In this document: positions 18,117-29,391 of the stretch, in pieces
How the letters are laid out: each line of letters starts with the position of its first letter
How positions within the stretch are numbered: position 1 is the stretch's first letter
Source: an uncultured Acidobacteriota bacterium
GTDB taxonomy: Bacteria > Acidobacteriota > Thermoanaerobaculia > UBA5066 > Gp7-AA6
DNA length: 64,000 bases
Assembly: GCA_963764025.1 (NCBI GenBank)
Contig: CAVXRK010000003.1
Location: forward strand, 304,561 to 368,560
Direction: 5' to 3'
Made by a program: the position numbers and the translations under genes
Notes under the pieces: generated by a model
Told to the model about the DNA's origin: nothing
The model's input: only the letters and a program-made list of their open reading frames with translations
Databases searched by the model: none

Positions 18117-19502
18117 GCCCCGTCGGACTTCCCTCGTCCCTGCTTCAGGTCGGAGGAGTGCTGCTCGTCGCGTCGCTCGTCGGCCGGGCCGTGATGCCCG
18201 CCTTGTTTCCCGGCGGCCGCGGCCCGGCGCTCGAGCGATGGGGATGGAGCATCGCGGTGGCCTCACTGCTCCTGGCGTGCGACGTGCTCGTTTCCTTGTC
18301 GGTCGGCCTTCGTCCCGGCTGGGTCGCACTCGCGGCGCTTTCGATCGTCGGAATGCTGCTGGCCCGGCGCTTCCGCCTGCCGCGGATCGATCGGCCGATC
18401 GGCGGCCGAACCTGGAGCGGCTCGCCCGCGACCCTGATTCTTCTGGCGCTCACGGTGGCCGGGATTGCGGTCTACGCCGTACGAAGCCTGGCGGAACCGA
18501 TGTGGTCGAACGACTTTCTCGCGGTCTGGGGACTCAAGGGCAAGAGCATCTTCGGAGATGCCGGAATTCCGCAGCGGCTCTTCCGGTGGCCGGAGTTCGA
18601 GTTCACGAACCCGGGCTATCCGATCGGCCTTCCGCTCGCGTACGCGGGGATCGCGTTTCTTCTGGATCGCTGGGACGACCACGCCATGGCTCTGCTCTTT
18701 CCTTTCTTTCAGCTCGGGACGCTGCTCGTCCTGGCGGGGTGGTTGCGCCGGCGGGGGACCGGGTCCGCCGTCGCGCTCGGCGCGGGGGCCTTCGTGGCGA
18801 ACTTCGGCTTGCTGTATTCGGCCTGGCTGACCGGCATGGCGGAGGTCCCGGCGGCGTTCACGTTCGTCCTGATCGGCACGGCGGCCTGGGACGTCCTCGA
18901 CGATACGGATCCGGGCTGCCGTTCGCCGCCTCTTCCTGGCGTCCCTCCTGGCCGCGGCGACGAAGAACGAGGGTGTCTTCATGACCGCGACCGTCGGGGC
19001 GCTTCTCGTGGTCCATGCGGTTCGGCGCCGCGAACGCCGGCTCGGGGTCGGGGCGGCGGCCGTGCTGGCCGCCGGCCTCGGGTCCGTACTGCTCCATCGG
19101 CTCGTCCTGGGAAGTCACTCGGTCCGCGGCCTCGACGTAAGGCTCCTGTGGCGCCCCGGCCTCGGCTCGCGCGTGGCGGAGACCCTGCGCGAGGAATGGC
19201 GCCAGCTCGCGCAACCCATCTGGCCGGGAATCGTCGCCGTCGTCGCCCTCCTGGCGCTCGGTACGCGGCGATCGAGCGGAAACCCGATCCTCGTCGTGGT
19301 CTCGGTCTCGCTAATGGTCTACCTTGCCCTTCCCGTCCTCTGCCCGTTCGGCCCGGGCTGGTTCATCCACTGGACCGTCGGGCGGATCACGGCCGCGCTC
19401 GTGCCCCTGCTCGCCGCCGGAATCGGCATGACCTGGCGCGACCGCGAGGACCACCGTTTCGCGGCGACGCGCCCGGCGGGAACGTTCTCGGCCATGGAGT
19501 AG
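18113..19502 (+). CDS. GT-C-like polytopic membrane protein (module A, subunit 2), with a +1 frameshift near 18911-18917
   Basis: 'NDFLAVWGLKGK', 'NPGYPIGLP'; the second frame continues 'LFLASLLAAATKNEG' and further TMs. Confidence 0.7.
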
Positions 19503-19514
19503 ATTGTCGCGGGC

Positions 19515-19970
19515 ATGATGGGCCGACGCGAGTCCAACCGCGCGCCGTGGCCGGTGGCGTCCGTGCTGTGGATCGCGGGAACGTTGTCCCTGCTCGCGCC
19601 TCCGTTCGCCCGGTGGATGGCGACGCCCGTTTCCCTCGCGGTTCCATCGACGCCCGTGGACCGCGTCAACGGACTCTATGCGCGTCTATGGACTCTCGTT
19701 CACGAGGCCAGCGCGATCGTTCCGGCCGGCCAGAGCTTCACGGCGGTCGCAAAGGACAAGGACGAAGAGATGATCCTCTTCATGCTGTCGGTGGGAGCCC
19801 TCCGCGGCCAGTACCCGGTGCCCAGCTCCTACTGGGAGCGACCCATGGCCGAGGGCGACCGCGCACGGTTCGTCGTGTCGTACGAGTGCGTCGAGCCGTC
19901 GGGCGCCCCGCGCCTCGTGCGGCGTTTTGCCGAGGGCTGTGTCTGGGAGAGGTCGGATCCGGCGAGATGA
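19515..19970 (+). CDS. Membrane-anchored small protein (module B, subunit 1)
   Basis: Paralog of 17655..18116; ATGA overlap with the next gene. Confidence 0.65.
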   Translation: MMGRRESNRAPWPVASVLWIAGTLSLLAPPFARWMATPVSLAVPSTPVDRVNGLYARLWTLVHEASAIVPAGQSFTAVAKDKDEEMILFMLSVGALRGQYPVPSSYWERPMAEGDRARFVVSYECVEPSGAPRLVRRFAEGCVWERSDPAR

Positions 19971-21319
19971 CGGCGGGCGCGGTCTACCTCCTGGTGCACG
20001 CCCTGGTCGCCGTTCTGGGGCTGCCCATCCTCGGGGTGCGCGAGGTCCGGACCTGGAGCCTGCCCGCCCGCGCGGCCGCGGCCTTCGCGGTCGGGGCGAT
20101 CGTTCTGGCCGTCGAGTCGACGCTCTCGACGATGCTGGGCGTGCCGTGGAGCCCGGCGATCATTCTCGTCCCGCCCTTGCTTCTCGCGGTCCTGATGGCG
20201 AGAAGCGGCCGGCGAGAAGACGCCGGAGCGCTTCGTCCCGCCTTCCTGCCCGGAAAGGCGGCGGCCGTCTTCGGAACTTTCGTCGCCGGTGCGGCCGTCC
20301 TGCACCTGGCGCTGTCGCTCTTCACGGCGCGCGCGACGTCGAACGACTTCCTGCTGTTCTGGGGCGTCAAGGCGGTTCACTTCGCGCGTGCCAGGGCCAT
20401 CGATCCGATGTTGCTGGGCCATCCCTGGTTCGTGCACGCGCAGCCGTTCTATCCGCCGCTCGTGCCGACGCTGGACGCGTGGGGCGTGCTCGCCGCGGGC
20501 CACATGCCCTGGAGGGCCGCTCCCCTCGTCGCGCTGCTGTGGTTTGTCGCCGCGGCCGTCATGATCCTCGAGATTCAGCGCCGCCGGCTCGGTGATCGGA
20601 GCGCCGTCGTGGTGACCGCGTTCTGGATGGCCGCGTTGTCCGCGTCGCTGGTGAGCTCCTTCTCCGGAGCCAACGCGGAAGCGCCGCTGCTGCTCTACGA
20701 GACGACCGCGGGAATGCTGCTCCTGACCGAGCCGCCGAATCCGGGCGCCGTCCGCCGGGGCCTGGCCGGGATCTTCCTTGCCGGCGCCGTCCTGACGAAG
20801 GTCGAGGGGACCGTGGGGTCGGCCTTGCTCATCCTGGGAACCGTGGCGCGGGATCTGGTCGTCGCGGGTCGGCGGCCGCGCTTCCGAGAGACGGCCGGAC
20901 TGGTGTTTCCGCCGCTTGCGGCGGGACTCCTCTGGTGGGGCTATCTGAGACAGTTCGGAATTCCGTCCGCCTACTCCGCGAAAGGGAGGCTGACCGAAAT
21001 TCACTGGACGAAGCTTCGAGAGATCGTCCCTCCGTTGCTCGAGAGTCTGAATGCGGGCTCCGCGTGGCTCGCCTGGATTCTCCCGCTTCTCCTGATCCTC
21101 GTCGCGGCGAGGCGGGGATGCTACGGGCAGGCGCTGCCCGGCATCTTCGCCTCGGCGGGTCTGCTGGTCTTCTTCGTCTTCCTCTACCTGCACGAGACGA
21201 CGAGCCAGTCGATCCGCATCTCGTGGGAAATTCCCCGAATTTCGCAGCCGCCGCTCTCGCTGCTCATCGCCATCGCCGCCATTTGTTCACCCCCTCGGAC
21301 GACCCGGGTTGAAACTTAA
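19967..21319 (+). CDS. GT-C-like polytopic membrane protein (module B, subunit 2)
   Basis: 'NDFLLFWGVKA', 'QPFYPPLVP', 'LTKVEG'; paralog of 18113..19502. Confidence 0.72.
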   Translation: MTAGAVYLLVHALVAVLGLPILGVREVRTWSLPARAAAAFAVGAIVLAVESTLSTMLGVPWSPAIILVPPLLLAVLMARSGRREDAGALRPAFLPGKAAAVFGTFVAGAAVLHLALSLFTARATSNDFLLFWGVKAVHFARARAIDPMLLGHPWFVHAQPFYPPLVPTLDAWGVLAAGHMPWRAAPLVALLWFVAAAVMILEIQRRRLGDRSAVVVTAFWMAALSASLVSSFSGANAEAPLLLYETTAGMLLLTEPPNPGAVRRGLAGIFLAGAVLTKVEGTVGSALLILGTVARDLVVAGRRPRFRETAGLVFPPLAAGLLWWGYLRQFGIPSAYSAKGRLTEIHWTKLREIVPPLLESLNAGSAWLAWILPLLLILVAARRGCYGQALPGIFASAGLLVFFVFLYLHETTSQSIRISWEIPRISQPPLSLLIAIAAICSPPRTTRVET

Positions 21320-21373
21320 GCTATTGACAGTGCTAGACTTGTTTCGTAGCAGCGCCACCTGATGCGTTTGCTG

Positions 21374-21400
21374 CTAGCACTCATTGCAGAGGAGTGCTAG
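21374..21400. promoter_or_regulatory. CIRCE-like inverted repeat (HrcA operator)
   Basis: CTAGCACTC-N9-GAGTGCTAG upstream of groES (consensus TTAGCACTC-N9-GAGTGCTAA); TTGACA at 21324-21329. Confidence 0.9.
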
Positions 21401-21476
21401 GATCCTGCTCCGCTCGGGGGGACTTTCGTGGCGCCCCGAGCACCAACGAGGCAACAAAGGCACAGGAGGCGAGTTC

Positions 21477-21767
21477 ATGAAGATTCGGCCACTCTACGAT
21501 CGGATCCTGGTCAAGCGTCTGGAAGAGGGCGAGAAGAAGCGGGGCGGGATCATCATCCCGGACACCGCGAAGGAAAAGCCGATGGAGGCGGAGGTCGTCG
21601 CCGTCGGCAAGGGCAAGGTGAACGAGGAAGGCAAGCAGTTCCCGCTCGACGTCAAGAAGGGCGACCGCATCCTCATCGGCAAGTACGCCGGCACCGAGAT
21701 CAAGATCGACGAAGTCGAGCACCTCATTCTCCGCGAGGACGAAGTGCTCGCGGTCGTCGAGAAGTAA
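21477..21767 (+). CDS. groES: Co-chaperonin GroES
   Basis: '[14 protein letters not shown]...[13 protein letters not shown]...KYAGTEIK'; AGGAGG RBS. Confidence 0.98.
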   Translation: MKIRPLYDRILVKRLEEGEKKRGGIIIPDTAKEKPMEAEVVAVGKGKVNEEGKQFPLDVKKGDRILIGKYAGTEIKIDEVEHLILREDEVLAVVEK

Positions 21768-23423
<1,656 letters not shown>

Positions 23424-23445
23424 TCTCCCGTTTCCGACCGATTCC

Positions 23446-23474
23446 AAGCCCCGGCGCGAGCCGGGGCTTTTTTT
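23446..23474 (+). terminator. Rho-independent terminator of groESL
   Basis: AAGCCCCGGC-GCGA-GCCGGGGCTT hairpin followed by a T run. Confidence 0.9.
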
Positions 23475-23487
23475 ATACTGGGGGCAA

Positions 23488-24393
23488 GTGAGCCTCTCCG
23501 GCGACCGCGTCAGCGCCGTCATCGTCCACTACCGCACGCCGGCGGAGACCGAGCGGGCGGCGCGGGCGGTGGCGGAGACCTCGCCCGGGGCCGAGATCAT
23601 GGTCGTCGACAACGCGTCCGGGGACGGCGTCGCGGCCGCGCTCGCGGCCGGCGTTCCGCGGGCCCGGCTGGTGGTCGAGGCCGTCAATCGCGGGTACGGC
23701 GCCGCCTGCAACCGGGGCGCGCGCGAGACGGCGCGCCCCTACCTGTTGTTCCTGAACTCCGACGCGTACGCGCGCCCGGGCTCGGTCGACGCCCTCGCCG
23801 CCGCGCTCGACGCCGATCCGCGCGCGGCCGCCGCCGGACCGCGCCTTCTTTCCCCCGACGGTTCGCTCCAGCCCTCGATCCGCCGGCTCCCGACGCCCTG
23901 GAGGATCTTCTGCGAGAGCTCCGGGCTGGCGTTTCTCTCCGGCGGCCGGCGGCCGTTCGCGGGACACGCCGCGACTCGGCAGGACCACGCCAGGGCCCGG
24001 GCCGTCGAGGCGCTCATGGGGGCCGTGCTGCTCGCGCGGCGCACGGCTTTCGAGGAGGTCGGCGGTTTCGACGAGGCGTTCTTTCTTTATGCCGAGGAAA
24101 CGGATCTCATGGAGCGCTGGCGCCGGGCGGGCTGGAGGGTCCTCTTTGCCCCCGCGGCCGAGTTCGTCCACGAGGGCGGGCGATCCGGCGGCGACCGGCT
24201 CTTCGGACAGCTCCACTCCTCGCTTTCGCTGTACGCCGCGAAACACCACGGGCCGGCGGCCGGGGGCTTCGTGCGCGCGACGCTCGCGGCGGGCGCTGCC
24301 GTCCGATACGGCGCGGCGCTCCTGACGCCGGGCGAGAACGGGCGCCGTCGCCGGGCCCGCTATCGTGCCGCGCTCACGGGGCCGATGCGATGA
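23488..24393 (+). CDS. GT2 glycosyltransferase (WbbL-like)
   Basis: 'VVDNASGD', 'NRGYGAACN', 'LFLNSD', 'GGFDEAFFLYAEETD'. Confidence 0.9.
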   Translation: MSLSGDRVSAVIVHYRTPAETERAARAVAETSPGAEIMVVDNASGDGVAAALAAGVPRARLVVEAVNRGYGAACNRGARETARPYLLFLNSDAYARPGSVDALAAALDADPRAAAAGPRLLSPDGSLQPSIRRLPTPWRIFCESSGLAFLSGGRRPFAGHAATRQDHARARAVEALMGAVLLARRTAFEEVGGFDEAFFLYAEETDLMERWRRAGWRVLFAPAAEFVHEGGRSGGDRLFGQLHSSLSLYAAKHHGPAAGGFVRATLAAGAAVRYGAALLTPGENGRRRRARYRAALTGPMR

Positions 24394-25577
24394 AGCCGCC
24401 TCTCGTCAGCGTCCTGTCGAGGCCGCCCCACCTCTCCCGCGACGGCCTGGCGATCCGCAATTACCATCTGCTCGAGGCCCTCGCCGAGCTCTTCCGCGTG
24501 CGTGCACTCTCCCTGTCCGACCCCGAAAGGCCTTACGCGGGTCAATGGCCGCGGGGCGTCGAGTTCGAGCTCGTCGCCCAGACGCCCCGGACGGCTCGGC
24601 GCATCGCGGCGGCGGCCGGCAGTCTGCTCGGCGGCGGCGCCTACTCCGAGCGCCTGTACCGTTCGGCCGACCTGGCGCGGCGCATCGCGCGTCTCACCTC
24701 CGCGGACAGGCCGAAGTGGGCCGTGGCCCACGCGTACCACGTCGCCTCCGCCGCGCTCGCATCGGGCGCGCCGGCCTGGATCGACTTCCACAATCTCGAC
24801 TCGGAGATCTGGCGCCGCACGGCCGAGACGGACAGCCGCCGCCTCGTCCGAAGCTTCGCGCGCCTCCAGGCAGGCCGGGTCGCGAAGCTCGAGCGGCGTC
24901 TGGGCGACGCGGCGGCGGGCATCTCGTGCGTGTCGGCGCGAGATGCGCGGGCCCTGCGCGCGCTCGGCGTCCGACACGAGCCTCTCGTCGTTCCCAACGG
25001 CGTCGACCTCGATCGGCACGCGCGGCGCCGGGCTCCGGCGGCCGGGGAAGTCGTCTTTTTCGTCGGCGACCTCTCCTGGCCGCCGAACGCCGACGGCGTG
25101 CGCTGGTTCCTCCGGGAGGTGTGGCCTCGCGTGCGGAGCGTCCGGCCCACGGCGCGCGCCGAGATTCTGGGCCGCTCGGTGCCCGCGGACCTCGCGCGAC
25201 TCGCCGGAGAGGACGTGGCGTTGCTGGGAGAGGGCGGCGACGCGCGCGACTCCTGGGCGCGGGCGTCCGTGGCGGTCGTGCCGCTGCGGGCGGGAGGCGG
25301 CACGCGGCTCAAGATCCTCGAAGCCGCCGCGACCGGTGTCCCCGTCGTCTCGACGTCGATCGGGGCGGAGGGGCTCGAGTTCTCGCCCGAGGAAATCCGG
25401 CTCCGCGACGAAGCCGGCCCCTTCGCCGAGGCCGTCGCCGGACTCCTCGGCGACGCCGCCGCGGCGGCGCGGCAGGCCGATGCGGCCCGCGCGCGCGTCG
25501 AGGCCGCCTACGGCTGGGGCCCGATCGCGCGCGCCTTCGCCCTCGAGCTCGCGCGCCGCGCGGGAGTCGCCGCGTGA
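24390..25577 (+). CDS. GT4 glycosyltransferase
   Basis: 'VVPNGVD', 'WPPNADGVRWF', 'GGGTRLKILEA', 'STSIGAEG'. Confidence 0.9.
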   Translation: MKPPLVSVLSRPPHLSRDGLAIRNYHLLEALAELFRVRALSLSDPERPYAGQWPRGVEFELVAQTPRTARRIAAAAGSLLGGGAYSERLYRSADLARRIARLTSADRPKWAVAHAYHVASAALASGAPAWIDFHNLDSEIWRRTAETDSRRLVRSFARLQAGRVAKLERRLGDAAAGISCVSARDARALRALGVRHEPLVVPNGVDLDRHARRRAPAAGEVVFFVGDLSWPPNADGVRWFLREVWPRVRSVRPTARAEILGRSVPADLARLAGEDVALLGEGGDARDSWARASVAVVPLRAGGGTRLKILEAAATGVPVVSTSIGAEGLEFSPEEIRLRDEAGPFAEAVAGLLGDAAAAARQADAARARVEAAYGWGPIARAFALELARRAGVAA

Positions 25578-26719
25578 CGGGCCTCGCCGCGGGCCTCGCC
25601 GCTTTGTCGCTCTGGCTGTTCGCCTGGACGTATATCCTGTATCCGCCGCTGGTCGCGTGGCTGGCGGACCGCCGCCCGCCTGCGACCGGCCCGCCGGCGG
25701 AGCTGCCGGAATCGGCCGAGGTCCTCGTGTCGGCCGCCGACGAGGAGCAGGTCATCGCCGCGCGGGTCCGCGATCTGCTCTCCCAGGACGGGGCGCCGGG
25801 TTACCGGGTCACGATCGGCTGCGACGGCTGTCGGGACGCGACGGCGGCGCGGGCGCGCGAGGCGGCGGCGGGCGCCGGAAACGTGCGCGTCGTCGAGTTC
25901 CCGGAGCGCCGCGGGAAGGCCGCGGTCTTGAACGACCTGGTCCGCGCCTCGACCGCCGAGGTCCTCGTCTTCACGGACGCCAACACCCGCTTCGAGCCGG
26001 GGGCGGTCCGGGCCCTCCTCGAGGCCGTCGCCCCGCGAGAAGTCGGGGCGGCCTGCGGACGCCTCCTCTTCGAGACGCCGCCCGGCGGCCGCCCGACGCC
26101 GGAGGCGGAGTACTGGGACCGCGAGACGCGGCTCAAGGAGGCCGAAGGAGTGCTCGGCGCGTGCGTCGGGGCCAACGGCGGCATCTATGCCGCCCGCCGC
26201 GCGCTCGTGCGGCCGCTTCCCGCGGACACGACGTCGATGGACGACTTCCTGATCCCGGTGCGGGCCGCCCGCCAGGGCACGCGCGTGGTCTTCGCCGGCC
26301 GGGCTCTCGCCCGCGAAGACGCCGCCCGCGATGCCGCGGCCGAAGTTTCCCGTCGCCTGCGCATCGGGATCGGCGCCGGGCAGGTGCTCCGGCGGGAGCT
26401 CTGGCTCTGGAACGCCGTCGCCCATCCCGTGCTCACGCTGGCCTTCGTTTCGCGCAAGGCGGCGCGGTGGTTCGCGCCGCTGGCCGCGCTCGCCGCCGCA
26501 GCCGCGGCGCTCTTCGTCCCGGGCGGACGGACGGCCGGAGCGTGCGTGCTGGGCGTCGCGGCTCTCCTCCTGCTCTCGACGCGCCTTCGTCCCGCGCTCG
26601 GGGGACCGCTCGGGAGGCTCTATTATTTCGCCGTGTTGAACGTGGCCCTCGCGCTCGGTGTCGCTGCGGGTCTCCTCGGCTACAGCCGTCCGTTCTGGGC
26701 GCGAACGGCGCGCTCCTGA
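25574..26719 (+). CDS. GT2 glycosyltransferase (membrane, CESA-like)
   Basis: 'YILYP', 'RRGKAAVLN', 'VFTDAN', 'GANGGIYA', 'DDF', 'RRLRI'. Confidence 0.88.
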   Translation: MTGLAAGLAALSLWLFAWTYILYPPLVAWLADRRPPATGPPAELPESAEVLVSAADEEQVIAARVRDLLSQDGAPGYRVTIGCDGCRDATAARAREAAAGAGNVRVVEFPERRGKAAVLNDLVRASTAEVLVFTDANTRFEPGAVRALLEAVAPREVGAACGRLLFETPPGGRPTPEAEYWDRETRLKEAEGVLGACVGANGGIYAARRALVRPLPADTTSMDDFLIPVRAARQGTRVVFAGRALAREDAARDAAAEVSRRLRIGIGAGQVLRRELWLWNAVAHPVLTLAFVSRKAARWFAPLAALAAAAAALFVPGGRTAGACVLGVAALLLLSTRLRPALGGPLGRLYYFAVLNVALALGVAAGLLGYSRPFWARTARS

Positions 26720-28083
26720 TGGCGGCGCGGCGGGCGTCCGCGTTCCGGGCGGTGGCCTTCGCCGGCGATCTCGCGATCGCCGTCGGCGCTTTCGGCGCCG
26801 GCTTCTTCCTGCGCACCCACGTCTCGATTCCGGGCACGCTGACGCTCCTGCCGGCGGCGAGCGTGCGCTTCACGGCCGGCAACATCCTGGTCGTGGCGGC
26901 CGTCCAGGCGTTCGCTCTCTGGTTCTTCGGCCTCTACCGCGATCACGAGCGGTTTCGGGAGCCGCTCGCGCGCCTCCTCCTGCCGGCCCTGTTCGTCGAG
27001 CTCCTGACGCTCGCCTCGGTGTTCTTCCTGGCCCAGCCGTATTCCTTCCCGCGGTCCGTTCTCGTCGTCTACATCGTCGTCAACGGTGCGCTGCTGGCGG
27101 GTTGGCGGACGGCGGTCGACCGCCTCTTTCCGCAGCCCCGGCGCCGCGCCATGATCGTCGGCGGCGGCGCGGCCGCGGCGATCGTCGCCGACACGATCCG
27201 GCGGCATCCCTGGACGGGCGTGGAGCTCGTGGGCGTGGTGGGCGCGGCGGGGGGAGCGCACGGCCTGACGTCGCTCGGCTCGGAAGACGATCTGATCGAG
27301 ATCGCCCGTGCGCACCGGATCGACGAGGTGATCCTGATGCCGGAGGCGCCCTCCTGGAGGGACCGTCTCCCGGAGAAGATCCCCGAGGGGTTCGAGGCGG
27401 ACCTCCTCGTGTGGCCCTCGCCGTTCGAGACCATGATCGGGCGGCTGCGCTTTCGCATCGTGGGCGACCTGCCGTTGCTCGAGGCGCGCGTCCGGCCGCT
27501 CGACGGTGCCGCGGATTTCGCCAAGCGGGCGTTCGACTTCGCGGCGTCGTCGGCGGGGCTGCTCCTCCTCGCGCCGGGGCTCGCGCTCGCGGCGCTCCTC
27601 GTCGCGTCGACTTCGCGGGGCGGGGTCTTTTACCGGCAGACGCGGGTTGGGCGCGACGGAAAGCCGTTCGAGCTCTGGAAACTGCGCACGATGCGCGAGG
27701 GAGCCGAGGTCGAGACCGGCGCCGTGCTCGCCACGCCCGACGATCCCCGCGTGACGGCGATCGGCCGCGCGCTGAGGGCGGCGCGCATCGACGAGATCCC
27801 GCAGCTCTGGAACGTCCTGCGCGGCGACATGAGCCTCGTCGGCCCGCGGCCGGAGCGGCCGGAGTTCGCGGCGAGGTTCGCGCGCACCGTTTCGGGATAC
27901 AGCCTGCGACAGGCCGCCCGTCCCGGTCTCACCGGTCTCGCACAGGTGTCGGGCGAGTACTCGACCGAGCCCGACATCAAGTTGCGCTACGATCTGGCCT
28001 ACTTGAACAACTGGTCGTTCGGCCTCGACCTCGCCATCCTGCTGCGGACCCTTCCGGTCGTCCTGACTCGCCGTGGCATCTGA
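26719..28083 (+). CDS. Polyprenyl glycosylphosphotransferase (WcaJ/WbaP-like priming transferase)
   Basis: 'KRAFD', 'YRQTRVG', 'KLRTM', 'IDEIPQLWNVLRGDMSLVGPRPERP', 'YDLAY'. Confidence 0.95.
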   Translation: MAARRASAFRAVAFAGDLAIAVGAFGAGFFLRTHVSIPGTLTLLPAASVRFTAGNILVVAAVQAFALWFFGLYRDHERFREPLARLLLPALFVELLTLASVFFLAQPYSFPRSVLVVYIVVNGALLAGWRTAVDRLFPQPRRRAMIVGGGAAAAIVADTIRRHPWTGVELVGVVGAAGGAHGLTSLGSEDDLIEIARAHRIDEVILMPEAPSWRDRLPEKIPEGFEADLLVWPSPFETMIGRLRFRIVGDLPLLEARVRPLDGAADFAKRAFDFAASSAGLLLLAPGLALAALLVASTSRGGVFYRQTRVGRDGKPFELWKLRTMREGAEVETGAVLATPDDPRVTAIGRALRAARIDEIPQLWNVLRGDMSLVGPRPERPEFAARFARTVSGYSLRQAARPGLTGLAQVSGEYSTEPDIKLRYDLAYLNNWSFGLDLAILLRTLPVVLTRRGI

Positions 28084-28852
28084 CCCGTCCCGTCCCCGGC
28101 GCAGGGTCGCCGTGGTCATGCCGGCGTACAACGCCGAGAAAACGCTCGAACGCACCTACGCCGACGTCCCGAAGGAGAGCGTCGACGACATCATCCTCGT
28201 CGACGACCGGTCGCGCGACGGGACCGTGGACATCGCCCGGAAGCTCGGGATCCACACGGTCGTGCACGAGAGGAACCGCGGCTACGGCGGGAACCAGAAG
28301 ACGTGTTACGCGACCGCCCTCGCGCGCGGCGCCGACGTCGTCGTCATGGTCCACCCGGACCACCAGTACGACCCGACCGTCATCCCCCACCTTCTGTCGG
28401 CGCTGGAGAAAGGCGACTACGACGCGGCCTTTGGCAGCCGGATGCTGGGCGGCCGGCCGATCCAGGGCGGCATGCCGAAGTGGAAGTACCTCGGGAACAT
28501 CCTGCTGACGGCGATCGAGAACGCGACGTTTCTGATCTACCTCACCGAGTATCACAGCGGGTTCCGTGCGTACACCCGTCGGTACCTGGAGTCCGTCAAC
28601 CTCGAGGCCAACTCGGACGGCTTCGTCTTCGACACCGAGATCATCGCGCAGGGCATGGCGAAGGGCCTGCGGATCTGCGAGATTCCGATCGAGACGCGGT
28701 ACTTCGACGAGGCCTCCCAGATCGCGTTCGGTCCCTCGGTCCGCTACGGCCTGGCGATCCTGAAGACGATGCTGCTGTACAAGCTCCACGCCTGGGGAAT
28801 CTACTCGGGCGGCATCTTCCGCGAGCGCCCCGGGCCCGGCCGTCCCGGTTAG
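28073..28852 (+). CDS. GT2 glycosyltransferase (DPM1-like)
   Basis: 'VVMPAYNAEKTL', 'GYGGNQKTCY', 'HPDHQY', 'EYHSGFRAY', 'FVFD'. Confidence 0.9.
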   Translation: MASDPSRPRRRVAVVMPAYNAEKTLERTYADVPKESVDDIILVDDRSRDGTVDIARKLGIHTVVHERNRGYGGNQKTCYATALARGADVVVMVHPDHQYDPTVIPHLLSALEKGDYDAAFGSRMLGGRPIQGGMPKWKYLGNILLTAIENATFLIYLTEYHSGFRAYTRRYLESVNLEANSDGFVFDTEIIAQGMAKGLRICEIPIETRYFDEASQIAFGPSVRYGLAILKTMLLYKLHAWGIYSGGIFRERPGPGRPG

Positions 28853-29391
28853 CGGCGCTCGGGCTCGGGCAGCGGCGGGGGCTCCGACAGGCGGCCCTGG
28901 ACGAGCTCCCGGGACAGCTCGGCGACCCGCGCCAGCAGCGGGTCGCGGGCCGATTCCGGCAGCGAGGCCAGGATCTCCGGGCTGACCCATCCCGCGCGCA
29001 GCAGGGCCGTCTGCGAGTCGTCCTTGCGGCCCGCGAGCGCGTAGGCTCGACCGAGGTTGAGGTCGATTTCGGCACGTTCTCCCGTCCCGAGCGCCTCTCG
29101 GTAGTTCTCGAGCGCCTGTTCCGGCTGGCGAGTCACGAGGTAGGCGGAGCCGGCGATCATCCACGGCCGCGGATCGGAAGGGAGGGCCGGCGCCGCCGAG
29201 AGACCCAGCTCGCCCACGGCGAGAATGTTCGCCGTCGTCCGGGCGTCGCTCGGCCGCTCGAGGACGCTCCGGAAGGCGACCGTCGCGAAGCCCACGCGGC
29301 GCTCGGCGGCGTAGCGCCCGAATTCGGGCGCTACGAACGCGGCGAGCGCGGCCAGGCCCGCGGCGACGGCGATCCGGCGCCGCCCCTTCAT
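28849..29391 (-). CDS. Membrane-anchored TPR protein
   Basis: N-terminal anchor; 'AGSAYLVTRQPEQALENYREAL...LNLGRAYALAGR' TPR pattern; ATGA overlap with the upstream gene. Confidence 0.7.
   Translation of the reverse strand: MKGRRRIAVAAGLAALAAFVAPEFGRYAAERRVGFATVAFRSVLERPSDARTTANILAVGELGLSAAPALPSDPRPWMIAGSAYLVTRQPEQALENYREALGTGERAEIDLNLGRAYALAGRKDDSQTALLRAGWVSPEILASLPESARDPLLARVAELSRELVQGRLSEPPPLPEPERR

Noticed and set aside
17495-21319. 1274-aa ORF as a single giant membrane protein
   Set aside because: Chance in-frame concatenation of two real genes via non-coding frames, helped by the frameshift near 18915.
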